Assembly: GCA_050506795.1 (NCBI GenBank)
Contig: JBJHCF010000046.1
Location: forward strand, 1 to 39,569
Direction: 5' to 3'
Source of the DNA: Opitutia bacterium
Lineage (GTDB): Bacteria > Verrucomicrobiota > Verrucomicrobiia > Opitutales > T3Sed10-336
DNA: 39,569 nt
This document shows positions 10,865-21,371 of this stretch, one piece after another. The stretch's first letter is position 1; every line of letters begins with the position of its first letter. A program made the translations under genes and the position numbers. Below the pieces are notes generated by a model. That model made no database searches. It worked only from the letters and a program-made list of their open reading frames with translations, and was not told the DNA's origin.

Positions 10865-10897
10865 AAAAACCGGCGTCTTGCGGACGCCGGTTTTTTT
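10865..10897. terminator. Rho-independent terminator, probably bidirectional
   Basis: AAAAACCGGCGTC-TTGCG-GACGCCGGTTTTTTT between convergent genes. Confidence 0.85.
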
Positions 10898-10957
10898 GCG
10901 TTTCTGCGAACATCTGCTCGTTGTCTTGTGACAACGCATCAAGAGCACCGAATTCCT

Positions 10958-11641
10958 CTACTCGAATCCAAAACGATAGCCTAAACCCAGACTGTTGACT
11001 CCCCCCTGATCGAAAACGTGTCCTCCCGAATGGTGGGCTATAAACAGCACCAGTTGGTGATGCGGGGTCTCCGGGCGGGCGAGGGTGAGCTGAATCGGCC
11101 AATCGAATTTCAGATGCGAGCGGTCTTCGTCCGGATGTCTCTCCTTGTCCATGGCCATGACCCGCGAGGAATACGACAACCCGACACCCGAGGCTAAGGT
11201 GGTATAAACCCGGTGATTCCAGGGAAAATTCACCCAACGGAGCGTCAGCCCGGCATTGTAGTCCAAAAACGGACTGCTGCCGATTTCGTCGATCAGTTCC
11301 ACCGCGAAGGGCAATTCGACCTGAGGGCGCATCACACCGATGCCGGTTTCCCAGGAAAAAGCGTGCACCAGGCGAGAGGCGGTAAAACGGTACACCTGAC
11401 CGCCGGCGTCTCCGTCGGACACGTTCACCCGTCCATGGAGGAAATCATCCACGTTGTTGCTCGTGATAAACGCGACCCCGGCGTCGAAGGCCCAAACCCG
11501 ACTCAAACCTTCCGGCGGTTCGGAGGGAAACAACGCGGCGCGCGCAACTCCCGAAGACGCGAACGCCCAGGCCAAAATCAAAAGGGTGTAAGCTCTGAAA
11601 AATCTTCGGCACGCGAGACTGAACGAAGGGCGGAAAAACAT
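10958..11641 (-). CDS. Outer-membrane beta-barrel protein, PagL/acyloxyacyl-hydrolase-like
   Basis: Signal peptide, alternating beta strands, HHSG near the C-terminus, terminal LGYRF. Confidence 0.6.
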   Translation of the reverse strand: MFFRPSFSLACRRFFRAYTLLILAWAFASSGVARAALFPSEPPEGLSRVWAFDAGVAFITSNNVDDFLHGRVNVSDGDAGGQVYRFTASRLVHAFSWETGIGVMRPQVELPFAVELIDEIGSSPFLDYNAGLTLRWVNFPWNHRVYTTLASGVGLSYSSRVMAMDKERHPDEDRSHLKFDWPIQLTLARPETPHHQLVLFIAHHSGGHVFDQGGVNSLGLGYRFGFE

Positions 11642-11823
11642 AAGCCAAATTAGCGGTTGATGCGCGACGGCAGAAGCGGTCGCCGCGGAAAAAGACAAGC
11701 ATCAGTAACTAAAGAGAATCTCGCCTCTTAAAAGAAAAAAAGGCGCGCATTCGCTTTTCCCGTCGCGCCTCATCCGCGCTCATCGCCATTCGGCCCGGGA
11801 ACGACTCCAGGCTCCCCGGTCCG

Positions 11824-12585
11824 CTAACGGCGGCGCCAAACAGTGGCCTGCGCCATGCTCCACTGGAACTTACGGGCGTGTTCCCGAATCAGGAAGGGAA
11901 GGTCGCGCGTGGCCATGAGCTCGAAATCGCCCGCCAGATGCCGCTTCAGGGCTTCCAGGGTCCTGATCGGCACCCCGTCGACCAACCGTCCCCCCAACCA
12001 GTGATCGACCGGAGTAAACTCCTCCAGCCAGGTATAGGGTGAAGTGATCACCAGTTGGCCGTCGGTCCGCACCAGCGACGGCACCCGCGCCAGGAAACGG
12101 GCCGGTTCGGCCAGTCGGTCGATGAGATTGGCGGCCAGCACCACGTCGAAGGATCCCAAATCCTCCGGCAGGGCCTGGGCGTCACCCTGAAGAAACCGCA
12201 CCCGATCGGGCGAAACACCGGGGGGTCGCTCGGCTTTCAGCCGGGTGCTCAACTCTCCCTCGTCGCGGCGTTCAAACTCCATCGCTCCGTCACGCCGAAG
12301 GCGTTCCGCCGTTTCGACAAAGCGCCGCGAGTAATCGATCCCGATCACCTCCTGGCAAAATCGCGCCAATTCAAAGGAAGAACGGCCGACCGCGCATCCC
12401 AGGTCGAGGGCCCGGCCGTCCGGCGGCACGGCCGAACGATCGACACATTCCGTGACGCACCGCACGGCGAAATCCAGCGCTTCGTGCGGCCCGCTCGGAT
12501 AAGGCAGGATCTCCCGCGGTTTTCCGTAGTGAAAAAGGAGATACTCGGAAATCGCTTTTCCGGATTCGTAAACCGGTTCAGCCAT
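11824..12585 (-). CDS. SAM methyltransferase, OvoA C-terminal (mercaptohistidine N-methyltransferase) type
   Basis: YES…EYLLFHYG, RALDLGCAVGRSSFELAR, ANLIDRL, SPYTWLEEFT, PFLIREHARKFQ. Confidence 0.8.
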   Translation of the reverse strand: MAEPVYESGKAISEYLLFHYGKPREILPYPSGPHEALDFAVRCVTECVDRSAVPPDGRALDLGCAVGRSSFELARFCQEVIGIDYSRRFVETAERLRRDGAMEFERRDEGELSTRLKAERPPGVSPDRVRFLQGDAQALPEDLGSFDVVLAANLIDRLAEPARFLARVPSLVRTDGQLVITSPYTWLEEFTPVDHWLGGRLVDGVPIRTLEALKRHLAGDFELMATRDLPFLIREHARKFQWSMAQATVWRRR

Positions 12586-12588
12586 TTC

Positions 12589-13749
12589 TCAGGCTTCCAG
12601 CAACCCGCGCATGAAGGCGGCGGGTTTGAAGTTTTCGATCAGAATCTTGACCTCGCCGTCCCGGTACATGCGCACCTGCGGCACATTGATTTCCGGAGTT
12701 TTGCTGGGAGAATAGAGAATGTCGTCGTGGGTGGCGTGCGAGGCCTCGGCGAAGAGCTCCGGAGTCAGGTGACCGCCCAGGTGATCGCTGCGACCGGTGG
12801 CGACATGCACCGTGCCGAGGACTTTCTCGTCCTGGATATCCTGGCCGGAGACCGGCAGCACCTGGGTTCCCAGGCCGAGCTCTCCCAATTCGCCGGTCAC
12901 CGGATCGCTTTTCAGTTTCCGATTGTGCTCCCGCACGGTACCGTCGTCGCCGGACAACAGAGTCGCTTCCTGTATCCGCCCTTTCGAGACGCGCATCAAT
13001 CCAATGGTGCCGTCCGCGTACTTCATGGGAAAGGCGCCTTCCGCTCCGGTCGGCACGTAATACACCTCGCCGGCGGGAAGGTTGGCCACATCCGGTCCGC
13101 CCCGGCAAAGCCCGTGACTTTTCTGCGCCTCCTGACCCCCGAGTTCGAGACGCAGGGTGTGGGTGGCGCCTGATACCGCGAAATCGATTTCCACCGCCTC
13201 GGCGCGGCTCATGCCGGAACGGAGTTTTTCGGCGTCGCGACTGACCTCGTCGTAGTCCACCGCCAGGCCGCTGTTGATGATGATATCGTTCAACCCGTGA
13301 AGGGTGGCGCCGCGGAAACCGTACTTCTTGGCGAAAGCGGTTAACGGTGCGGTGGCGGAGTAGGTGGAAATACAGAGAATGATATCGTAATTCGGATACA
13401 CATCCTTTTCCAGGCTCAGTTCCCGGCCCTGGGGGTCGACCGCCAGATCGGGGAGATCGAGATTGCTCCCGCCGGTGATCTTGTAGGCGAAGATTTCTCC
13501 GCCCCGCAATCCGAGTTCATCCGCCACCCCGCCGTGAAGGCCCTGATAGAATACCTCGTAGGCGTGGCGCTGGATCTTGAGGGAAGGGTCTTCGAGAAAG
13601 GCAAGATCACGAATCCCGTGCGGATCCTCCAGGTCGATCAGCAGAGCCACGCGTTCGCCTCCCTTCGGTGCAAACACCGTTCGCAGGAGCCTCGACAGGC
13701 TGAACGGCGGAAATTCCAGGGACTGAGTGTTTGATGTCGGATTACTCAT
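12589..13749 (-). CDS. M29 / aminopeptidase T-like metallopeptidase-fold protein
   Basis: NLPAGEVY, GELGLG, DEKVLGTVHVATG, HDD motifs. Confidence 0.7.
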   Translation of the reverse strand: MSNPTSNTQSLEFPPFSLSRLLRTVFAPKGGERVALLIDLEDPHGIRDLAFLEDPSLKIQRHAYEVFYQGLHGGVADELGLRGGEIFAYKITGGSNLDLPDLAVDPQGRELSLEKDVYPNYDIILCISTYSATAPLTAFAKKYGFRGATLHGLNDIIINSGLAVDYDEVSRDAEKLRSGMSRAEAVEIDFAVSGATHTLRLELGGQEAQKSHGLCRGGPDVANLPAGEVYYVPTGAEGAFPMKYADGTIGLMRVSKGRIQEATLLSGDDGTVREHNRKLKSDPVTGELGELGLGTQVLPVSGQDIQDEKVLGTVHVATGRSDHLGGHLTPELFAEASHATHDDILYSPSKTPEINVPQVRMYRDGEVKILIENFKPAAFMRGLLEA

Positions 13750-13865
13750 GGGCGGAAAACTATGCACGGAACCTGCTTTCCGCAAGTCCCGTAAAAAATC
13801 TACAGGCGGCCCGGCACACCTTTTGCCTTGAGTCTTTGGCCGGGGGTGTTGGGATCGAACCGCAA

Positions 13866-15647
13866 ATGACCGTTCCCGTCATTATGGCCGCACAGGATTT
13901 CGCGGGTAATTTGGGCGGCCACTTCACCTGGATCGACTGGGCGGTGGTGTTCGCCTACCTCGCCATCGCCACGGTACTCGGCGCGACTCTGGCGGGACGG
14001 CAGAAATCCATCAAAGATTTCTTCCTCGGGGGACGAAAAGTGCCGTGGTACGCGGTGGCGGGTTCCAGCATCGCGACGGAAATCAGCGCCATCACCTTTG
14101 TCAGCGTCCCCTTCATCGTCTTTCAGCCGGGGGGCAACTTCACCTACCTGCAACTCGGTCTGGTGGGGGGCCTGCTCGCCCGCCTGGTGGTGGCCTACGT
14201 CCTGGTTCCGGCCTATTTTCAACGCGAGATCTACAGTCCGTACGACTACATGGGAAACCAACTCGGACCCAGGGTGAAAAGCATGACCACCGCGCTTTTT
14301 GTCCTGGGCGGCATCCTGGGCCAATCCGCCCGGGTCTATCTCACCGCGCTGATCCTCGCCCTGGTCCTGCACGGGCCGCTGAGCACGCTGGACGCCGCCA
14401 CCGGCATTCCCGCCCTGGTGTGGGCCATTCTCATCATCGGAGTGGTGTCGATCGGCTGGACCCTGCTCGGCGGCATGGCCACCGTCATCTGGACCGATCT
14501 CATTCTTTTCGGCGTGTTCGTGGTAGGCGCGCTGACCGCTTTGGGAGTCCTGATCCACGAGTTGGACACCAGCGCGGCCTCCGTCCTGGAGGCCGGATGG
14601 GAAGCGGGCAAATTCGAACTCTGGAACGTCACCTTCGACCCCACCATGGAATTCACCATCTGGACCGCGGCCATCGCCGCCACCTGGGCCAATGTGGGAG
14701 CGTTCGGCACCGACCAGTTGATGACCCAGCGCCTCTTTTGCTGCCGCAACGCCAGGGAGGCTCGTCGGGCGGTGATCGCCAGCTATTTCGGGATCGGCAT
14801 CACCGTTCTGGTATCCCTTGTGGGGGTCGGTCTCTGGTATTATTACCAGCAGGTTCCGCTGGAAGGCGAAGCCCTGGCGGCTTTCGAAAGGCGCGGGGAC
14901 AGCATTTTCCCCATTTTCATCCTGACCGTCATTCCGACCGGCCTTACCGGTCTCATCGTGGCCGGCATCTTCGCCGCCGCCATTTCCAGTCTCGATTCGA
15001 TCCTGGCCGCCCTTTCCCAAACCACCGTCTCCGCGTTCTACCTGCCCTACCGAAAACGGCTCCACAAAAAGCCGAGCGCCCGGGAGGAACAGCACCGCGT
15101 ACGGATTTCCCGTCTGGCGGTGATCTTCTGGGGTGTGGTGCTCTGCGTTATGGCGGTCGCCATGGATCACCTGGCGAACGACTTCGACCACCTTCTCGGG
15201 TTGGCTTTGGGCATGGCGGCGTTCGTGTCGGGGGGATTGATGGCCGGCTTTTTTCTCGGTTTCTTCTCCCGGCGTTTGAATATCGACGGCAACGGTTTCC
15301 TGTTTGCAGCCCCATTGGGTGTCCTGTCGGTGTTGGCGGTCACTCCTTTCAACCGGTATGAGAGCGTAATCGACACCTGCCAGTTTGGCGTGCTCGCGAT
15401 CATGGCAGCCTGGCTGGTCTTCCAGCGTCGGCGCCTGCTGTGTGCGCGCGTAGTCCTGCAGACCCTCCTACTGCTGGGCGCCGGAGTCCTGGTGGTCTGG
15501 CTGGCGCACAACGCCTATGTCGAAGGTCCGATCAATCCCGTCACCGGGGACGTTTCCCGGCGCACCCTCGCCTGGCCCTGGTTCGCCCCCCTGGGTTCCA
15601 CCGTGACCTTCCTCCTCGGATGGCTGCTGGCCGGGAAACGCTCGTGA
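13866..15647 (+). CDS. Sodium:solute symporter (SSS family)
   Basis: FFLGGR, SIATEISAITF, GGMATVIWTD, DQLMTQR, AAAISSLDS; many TM helices. Confidence 0.9.
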   Translation: MTVPVIMAAQDFAGNLGGHFTWIDWAVVFAYLAIATVLGATLAGRQKSIKDFFLGGRKVPWYAVAGSSIATEISAITFVSVPFIVFQPGGNFTYLQLGLVGGLLARLVVAYVLVPAYFQREIYSPYDYMGNQLGPRVKSMTTALFVLGGILGQSARVYLTALILALVLHGPLSTLDAATGIPALVWAILIIGVVSIGWTLLGGMATVIWTDLILFGVFVVGALTALGVLIHELDTSAASVLEAGWEAGKFELWNVTFDPTMEFTIWTAAIAATWANVGAFGTDQLMTQRLFCCRNAREARRAVIASYFGIGITVLVSLVGVGLWYYYQQVPLEGEALAAFERRGDSIFPIFILTVIPTGLTGLIVAGIFAAAISSLDSILAALSQTTVSAFYLPYRKRLHKKPSAREEQHRVRISRLAVIFWGVVLCVMAVAMDHLANDFDHLLGLALGMAAFVSGGLMAGFFLGFFSRRLNIDGNGFLFAAPLGVLSVLAVTPFNRYESVIDTCQFGVLAIMAAWLVFQRRRLLCARVVLQTLLLLGAGVLVVWLAHNAYVEGPINPVTGDVSRRTLAWPWFAPLGSTVTFLLGWLLAGKRS

Positions 15648-15659
15648 GCGTCGGATTTG

Positions 15660-17438
15660 TCAGGCTTGCGCGAGTTCCTGGACGGACAAAAGCCGCTGAA
15701 AATAGCCGTCCAATCGCGCGAGTTCGCCGTAGGACCCCGCCTCGACCAAACGCCCCTCCTTTAGCACCACAATACGATCGGCATTGCGAATGGTGCTTAA
15801 ACGATGAGCGATGGTGATCACCGTTCGGCCGCGGGACAGGGTTTCCAGACCGGCCTGAATCAGGCGCTCGCTTTCGTAGTCCAGGGCCGAGGTCGGCTCA
15901 TCCAGGATGAGGAAGGCGGGATCGCGCAGGATGGCCCGGGCAATGGCCAGCCGCTGCCGCTGGCCCCCGGAAAGCGTCGCCCCCCGCTCTCCCAACAGGG
16001 TTTCGTATTGTTCCGGCAGACGGAGGATGAACTCCTCCGCCCCGGCCAACCGCGCGGCATCGCACACTTGCTCATCCGTGGCATCGAGCCGGGCGAAGCG
16101 GATGTTGTCCGCCACTGTTCCGGAAAGGAGAATGCTCTCCTGCATCACGATTGCGGTGCTTCGCCGGAGACTTCGCATGTTCAGCTCGGCCTGAGGAATG
16201 CCGTCGACCCGGATTTCGCCGGAGGTCGGACGGTAGAGTCCCAGCACCAGATTGGCTACCGTAGTCTTGCCGGCGCCCGACGGCCCCACCAGGGCGACTT
16301 TTTCCCCGGGGTGGATAGCCAACGAAAAATCCATCAGGGCATCACGGTCCGCTTCGGGATAACGAAAAGTCACCTGATCGAACTCGATTTCGCCGCGCGG
16401 CGGATCGAGCCGACGGGTTCCCTTCCATTCCTCGACATAGGGAGCATCCAGCAACTCCCGGACACTGCGGTAGGACTCGCGACCCAGAAAATACTGCTCC
16501 GCAATATGGGCGAACATTTGAACCGGTTGCACCAGCGCGGGCACCCCGGCCACAAAGGCGACCACCACCCCGGTGCTGATCAGTCCGTGGATGGCCAGGA
16601 TCGCCCCGCCCGCAATCACGGTGAGCGAAAGCAACTGAATGGCCCCGAAACTGAAGGCACTGAAACTCATGTTGACGGTCACCAGACGCACTCGTGATCG
16701 GGCCACTTCATCATTGGACTCACGCAACCGGTTTTCCGCCTGTTCCTCCTCTCCGTACACCCGTACCAGGCGCAAGGCGCCCAAGTACTCGCTGGCGGTC
16801 CCGGCCATACGTTCGTGAGCCAAACGATTGGCTTCGTTGCGCTGCTTGAGACGCTGAAAATAACGCCAGCGCATCACCCCAAAAACCGGCAAAACCAGTA
16901 CGATGACCGTACACAACTGCCAATTGAGGGACAACAGGATGCCAAAGGTCAGGATGCTGTAGAAAATATTGGGGAAGAAGCCGTTCAGCATCGGCATCAT
17001 GACGGCGTCAATCTTCTGCGTGTCGAACGCGTATTTCGATAGCAGCCTTCCCGTCTTTTGCCGGTCGAGGTAGCCGAAACTCAGGAACTGGATTTTGTCG
17101 AAGATGCGAGCGCGCAGACCGAGGATGGAATGCGCCACCCCGGTCGCCAGGCGGGTCGCGCCCCACACGCTGAAAAACTGGTGGGCGATGATGAGCAAAA
17201 CCGTAAGCAGCGACAGGGCGATAATCGCGGCGATATTTTCATCGGGCATGTGCCGGTCGATGATACGCTGGAAAACCAACGGCAGGGGCGCGATGGTCAG
17301 GATGCGACAAAAGGCCAACGCCAGACCGGTCTGAAAACGGCGCCGCCGGGACCACATGAAGCCCAACAAGGAATCAGGCAAAGGCTCGTTGCCCGAAGCC
17401 GCATCGTTCCGGCGCTCCATCGAAAATTCCATGGACAT
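15660..17438 (-). CDS. ABC exporter, fused permease and ATPase (MsbA-like)
   Basis: N-terminal TM domain, GPSGAGKT, LSGGQRQR, ILDEPTSALD, IAHRLST. Confidence 0.92.
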   Translation of the reverse strand: MSMEFSMERRNDAASGNEPLPDSLLGFMWSRRRRFQTGLALAFCRILTIAPLPLVFQRIIDRHMPDENIAAIIALSLLTVLLIIAHQFFSVWGATRLATGVAHSILGLRARIFDKIQFLSFGYLDRQKTGRLLSKYAFDTQKIDAVMMPMLNGFFPNIFYSILTFGILLSLNWQLCTVIVLVLPVFGVMRWRYFQRLKQRNEANRLAHERMAGTASEYLGALRLVRVYGEEEQAENRLRESNDEVARSRVRLVTVNMSFSAFSFGAIQLLSLTVIAGGAILAIHGLISTGVVVAFVAGVPALVQPVQMFAHIAEQYFLGRESYRSVRELLDAPYVEEWKGTRRLDPPRGEIEFDQVTFRYPEADRDALMDFSLAIHPGEKVALVGPSGAGKTTVANLVLGLYRPTSGEIRVDGIPQAELNMRSLRRSTAIVMQESILLSGTVADNIRFARLDATDEQVCDAARLAGAEEFILRLPEQYETLLGERGATLSGGQRQRLAIARAILRDPAFLILDEPTSALDYESERLIQAGLETLSRGRTVITIAHRLSTIRNADRIVVLKEGRLVEAGSYGELARLDGYFQRLLSVQELAQA

Positions 17439-17620
17439 GGGTTCCCAGCATTACTCCGATCCGTCTCCAGTGGCAATACCGCAGTGGCGGGGCATCGCCG
17501 GTTGGTTTGCCCTTACGATCGTCCAAACGGCAGCCGGCACGTGTTCCAACATTGAACATTCACGCCATACACAATAGACCAATCGATTATCAACGCATAT
17601 CCACAACCGACGACCCGCCC

Positions 17621-18892
17621 ATGAGCGATTCTTCTCCCATCGAACACCTGTTCTCCGCGCAGGGCCGGCGTTTGTCTCCGCCTCAGATCACCGGCTTGAT
17701 GAGCGCGGCGCTGGAGCAGCCCGACCTCCTGTCGCTGGCCGCCGGCTTCACCGATACCGAAACCCTTCCCCTCCAGGAAGTGCTGACGGCCGTGCAATCC
17801 CTGCAAACGACTCCCGGTCCGCCCGAGTACCTGCAGTACGGCACCAACCGGGGTCGCCCCCTTTTGCGCTCACAGTTGGCCGCTCGTGTGACCCGACAGG
17901 ACCGGCGCACGGACTCGCTGGACGACGCCTCGGTCCTCATCACCAACGGCTCCCAACAACTGCTTGCCCTGGCTTTGCAGACCCTGTGCGATCCCGGCGA
18001 CCTGTTATTGGTCGAACGGCCGACCTATTTCGTTATGCTGGAACTGGCACGCGGACTCGGCGTCGAAACCCGCTCGCTTCCTTACCGCGACGACGGGACC
18101 CTCGATTACCTCGCGTTGGACCAAATGCTCGCCGACTGGCGGGAGTCGGGAGAGATTCGTCGCCTGAAAGCAGTTTACCTGGTTAGCTATTTTTCGAATC
18201 CCTCGTCCCACAGCATGCCGGAGGAGGAAAAGCTCGCGCTCGGGGAAACGCTCGCCCGGCACAACCACTTTCCGGCCCTGATCGAGGACACCGCCTATCG
18301 CGAACTTTATTTCGACCGCCCCTACCCGGCCCGTAGCATTCTCACCCTGCCCGGACTGGAACGTTTTCCCCGGCTCTACGCCGGAACGTGCACCAAACCG
18401 TTCGCCACCGGACTCAAGGTTGGGTTCGGTATCTGTCCGGACGAACTCTGGAGGGAACGCATGCTTTATCTGAAAGGCCAACAGGACTTCGGTACCGCCA
18501 ATTTCAACCAGGCCCTCCTGGAGCAAGTAATTTCCAGCGGCGCCTACGACCTCTGCCTTGAAAGACTGCGCACCCACTACCGCGGAAAGCGCGACGCTTT
18601 GCTGGAAACCTTCGAAAGCCGCGGCCTGGCCTCGCTCGGCTGGCACTGGCAAACACCCGGAGGAGGCCTCTATGTCTGGCTTCACGGTCCCGCCTCGCTG
18701 AGGACCGGATCGGGAACCGCGTTCCAGAAACGCGCTCTGAAAAACGGAGTGCTCTATGTTCCGGGCGACCTCTGTTACGGGGACCACCCTCCGGGCAACC
18801 AGATCCGGATTAGCTTCGGCGTGCTGCCGCAAAAACGCCTGGTCGAAGCTGCTGAACGTTTCGTTCGAACCGCAGCCGAGTCGACGGTTTAA
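17621..18892 (+). CDS. PLP-dependent aminotransferase class I (LysN/ARO8-like)
   Basis: LSLAAG, TNGSQQ, FSNPS, IEDTAY, TCTKPFATGLKVG, GGLYVW, IRISF. Confidence 0.88.
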   Translation: MSDSSPIEHLFSAQGRRLSPPQITGLMSAALEQPDLLSLAAGFTDTETLPLQEVLTAVQSLQTTPGPPEYLQYGTNRGRPLLRSQLAARVTRQDRRTDSLDDASVLITNGSQQLLALALQTLCDPGDLLLVERPTYFVMLELARGLGVETRSLPYRDDGTLDYLALDQMLADWRESGEIRRLKAVYLVSYFSNPSSHSMPEEEKLALGETLARHNHFPALIEDTAYRELYFDRPYPARSILTLPGLERFPRLYAGTCTKPFATGLKVGFGICPDELWRERMLYLKGQQDFGTANFNQALLEQVISSGAYDLCLERLRTHYRGKRDALLETFESRGLASLGWHWQTPGGGLYVWLHGPASLRTGSGTAFQKRALKNGVLYVPGDLCYGDHPPGNQIRISFGVLPQKRLVEAAERFVRTAAESTV

Positions 18893-18935
18893 TCCGTTTG
18901 ATCTTCGCCTGATCCCGGCTTAACGTTGTAAACCG

Positions 18936-18950
18936 AATGCATCATGCATT
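18936..18950. promoter_or_regulatory. Perfect 7-1-7 palindrome upstream of the sugar ABC operon, candidate operator
   Basis: AATGCAT-C-ATGCATT. Confidence 0.35.
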
Positions 18951-19076
18951 AGTATTCGCCAACATATTACTGTCACGTACGCCCGGCGCCGGACCCTCGC
19001 GAAATTGCTTGCGAAATTCGGTCTCCTGGGGCACCTAAACGTGACGCGTTTCAGTCATCGATTCCAAGTGTTTACC

Positions 19077-20390
19077 ATGCCGACATTTCTGCGATTTCGT
19101 TTCCTCCTCCTCCTGCTTCCCCTCGCCCTGATCGGATTAATCATTACCGGAATGAGCGGCTGTCGCGGCGGCGGAGATGTGATTCACCTGCGTTATTGGA
19201 ACGGGTTCACCGGGCCCGACGGACGCACCATGTTGCAAATGGTGAGGCGCTTCAACGAGGAGAATCCCGACGTGCGTGTCACCATGCAACGCATGGCCTG
19301 GAACACCTACTACAACAAACTTTTTGTCGCCGGCCTGGGCGGCAGGGCGCCGGAGGTTTTTGTGCTGCAGACCGATGCCTTCGTGCGTTTCATGCAGGCT
19401 GATTTCCTGCGACCATTGAACGACAAGATTCAGGGAGAGCACGGTATTGATATGAGCGATTTCGATCCCAATGTGATCGACACGGTATACCACGACGGCA
19501 ACTACTACGCGCTGCCCCTCGACGCCTACATCCTCGGCATGTACTACAACCGGGAACTGTTTCGTCAGGCCGGAATCGTCGACGAACACGGCGACCCCGC
19601 TCCCCCGACCAACCGCGAGGAGTTTCTGGAGGCCACCCGAAAGATCACCGAACTGGGCCAGACCGATATCGGAAATATCTGGGGTTTCGTTTTCACCTTC
19701 TTTCGGTACAATCTCGCCGGCATCATGAGTCAGTTCGGTGGCTCCCTGTTTTCGGAGGACGGTACCCGAACCCTCCTCAACTCCCCGGAGAATGTGGAAG
19801 CGCTCGAATTCGCGGTGAGTCTGATCCAGGAACACCGGGTCGCCCCCAACCCGGAGGCCATCGACTCCTGGATCGGATTCCGTCAGGGACGGGTTGGTTT
19901 GGTTTTCGACGGTATCTATATGCTTCCAGACCTGCAGCGGCAGGGCGACCTCGACTTCGGCGCCGCCCCGATTCCGCAGTTGGGACCTGAACCGGGCACC
20001 TGGATGGGCTCTCACAACATCTGCTTGCGAGCCGATCTGGACGAAAAGACCTCCGAAGCCGCCTGGCGCTTCGCCCGTTTCCTGTCCGACAACAGTCTGG
20101 ATTGGGCCGAAGGCGGGCAGGTGCCGGTCCGCAAAAGCCTGCGCAACACGGAACGTTTCAACAATATGTACGCCCAACGCGAATTCGCCCGTCAGTTGGA
20201 GATCGGCAAATACCTTCCGTCCAACCCATTTGTTTTCGAATACTTCACCGAACTGGATCTCGCCCTGGAGCGGGCGCTGCGCGGGCGAATGACGCCCCAG
20301 GAGGCCCTCGACCGCGCCGCCGCCAACATACAGGAAATCATGCGCCGCTACGGCATCACCCCGAGCAACGAAGCGGACGGCGAAACATGA
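19077..20390 (+). CDS. Carbohydrate ABC transporter substrate-binding lipoprotein
   Basis: Lipobox MSGC, WNGFTGPDG, YALPLD, YYNRELF. Confidence 0.9.
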   Translation: MPTFLRFRFLLLLLPLALIGLIITGMSGCRGGGDVIHLRYWNGFTGPDGRTMLQMVRRFNEENPDVRVTMQRMAWNTYYNKLFVAGLGGRAPEVFVLQTDAFVRFMQADFLRPLNDKIQGEHGIDMSDFDPNVIDTVYHDGNYYALPLDAYILGMYYNRELFRQAGIVDEHGDPAPPTNREEFLEATRKITELGQTDIGNIWGFVFTFFRYNLAGIMSQFGGSLFSEDGTRTLLNSPENVEALEFAVSLIQEHRVAPNPEAIDSWIGFRQGRVGLVFDGIYMLPDLQRQGDLDFGAAPIPQLGPEPGTWMGSHNICLRADLDEKTSEAAWRFARFLSDNSLDWAEGGQVPVRKSLRNTERFNNMYAQREFARQLEIGKYLPSNPFVFEYFTELDLALERALRGRMTPQEALDRAAANIQEIMRRYGITPSNEADGET

Positions 20391-21346
20391 GCAATCAAAC
20401 ACCACTGCCTGAACCGCAGGAACAACTCCCCGCCGTCGGGCCCACCGCCCAGGGTGTGGACAATTACCGGGGAAACGCCCGCCGGCGCGCCATCAGACGC
20501 TACTCGGGGTATCTCTTCCTTGTACCCTACCTGGTTCTCTTTTTCAGCTTTCTTATTCTGCCCCTGATCTACGGTTTCTGGTTGAGCCTCGTCGACTACG
20601 AAATGCTATCGCCGGAGCCTCCGGGATTCGTCGGCCTGGATAACTATTCCGAAGCCATGGACGACCCCTACTTCTGGCAGGCCATGAAAGCCACCGGCCT
20701 TTACGTCGGCATGGCGGTGCCGCTGGGCATCGGACTGGCACTGTTGATGGCCGTGCTTATCGACTCCCTTCCCCAGAAACGCCAGGGCGCTTACCGGCTC
20801 ATGATTTTCATGCCCACCATGATCACCATTACGGTGGCCGGACTGGTCTGGCGGTGGTTTTATCACAGCGAATTCGGGCTCTTTAACGCCATGCTGGAGC
20901 GTTTCGACATCTGGGTGCCCTGGTTGACCGACACCACCTGGGCCATGCGCTCCATTGTTCTAATGTCGGTCTGGTGGACCATCGGAGTGCCGCTGGTTAT
21001 CCTCATGGCGGGCCTCAAACAAATCCCGGTTTCCTACTATGAAGCCGCCGCCATCGACGGCGCCACCGGGTTCCGGCGTTTTCTGTACATCACCTTCCCG
21101 CTGCTGCGGCCCATCCTCCTGTTCGTCGTGGTGCTCAGCATCATCGGCTCCTTTCAGGTCTTCGGACAGACGTTCATCATCACTGAGGGCGGCCCCGAAT
21201 TGGCCACGCGGGTGATCATGCACTACATCTACGATACCGCGTTCAACTTCTACCGCATGGGTTACGGCGCCGCCATGAGCTGGATCCTTTTCGCCGTAAT
21301 CATCGTCTTCTCCCTCCTTCAGTTCCGCATCTTCCGCGAGCGGTAA
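20387..21346 (+). CDS. Carbohydrate ABC transporter permease
   Basis: ATGA overlap with the SBP stop; GLDNY, YEAAAIDGA EAA loop, ITEGGP. Confidence 0.92.
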   Translation: MSNQTPLPEPQEQLPAVGPTAQGVDNYRGNARRRAIRRYSGYLFLVPYLVLFFSFLILPLIYGFWLSLVDYEMLSPEPPGFVGLDNYSEAMDDPYFWQAMKATGLYVGMAVPLGIGLALLMAVLIDSLPQKRQGAYRLMIFMPTMITITVAGLVWRWFYHSEFGLFNAMLERFDIWVPWLTDTTWAMRSIVLMSVWWTIGVPLVILMAGLKQIPVSYYEAAAIDGATGFRRFLYITFPLLRPILLFVVVLSIIGSFQVFGQTFIITEGGPELATRVIMHYIYDTAFNFYRMGYGAAMSWILFAVIIVFSLLQFRIFRER

Positions 21347-21371
21347 AAATCCCTTATCCACTTACGAGTCC

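Noticed and set aside
19040..19053. LacI-type operator CGTGACGCGTTTCA before the sugar SBP
   Set aside because: Only one half-site matches and no LacI gene is nearby; too weak to call
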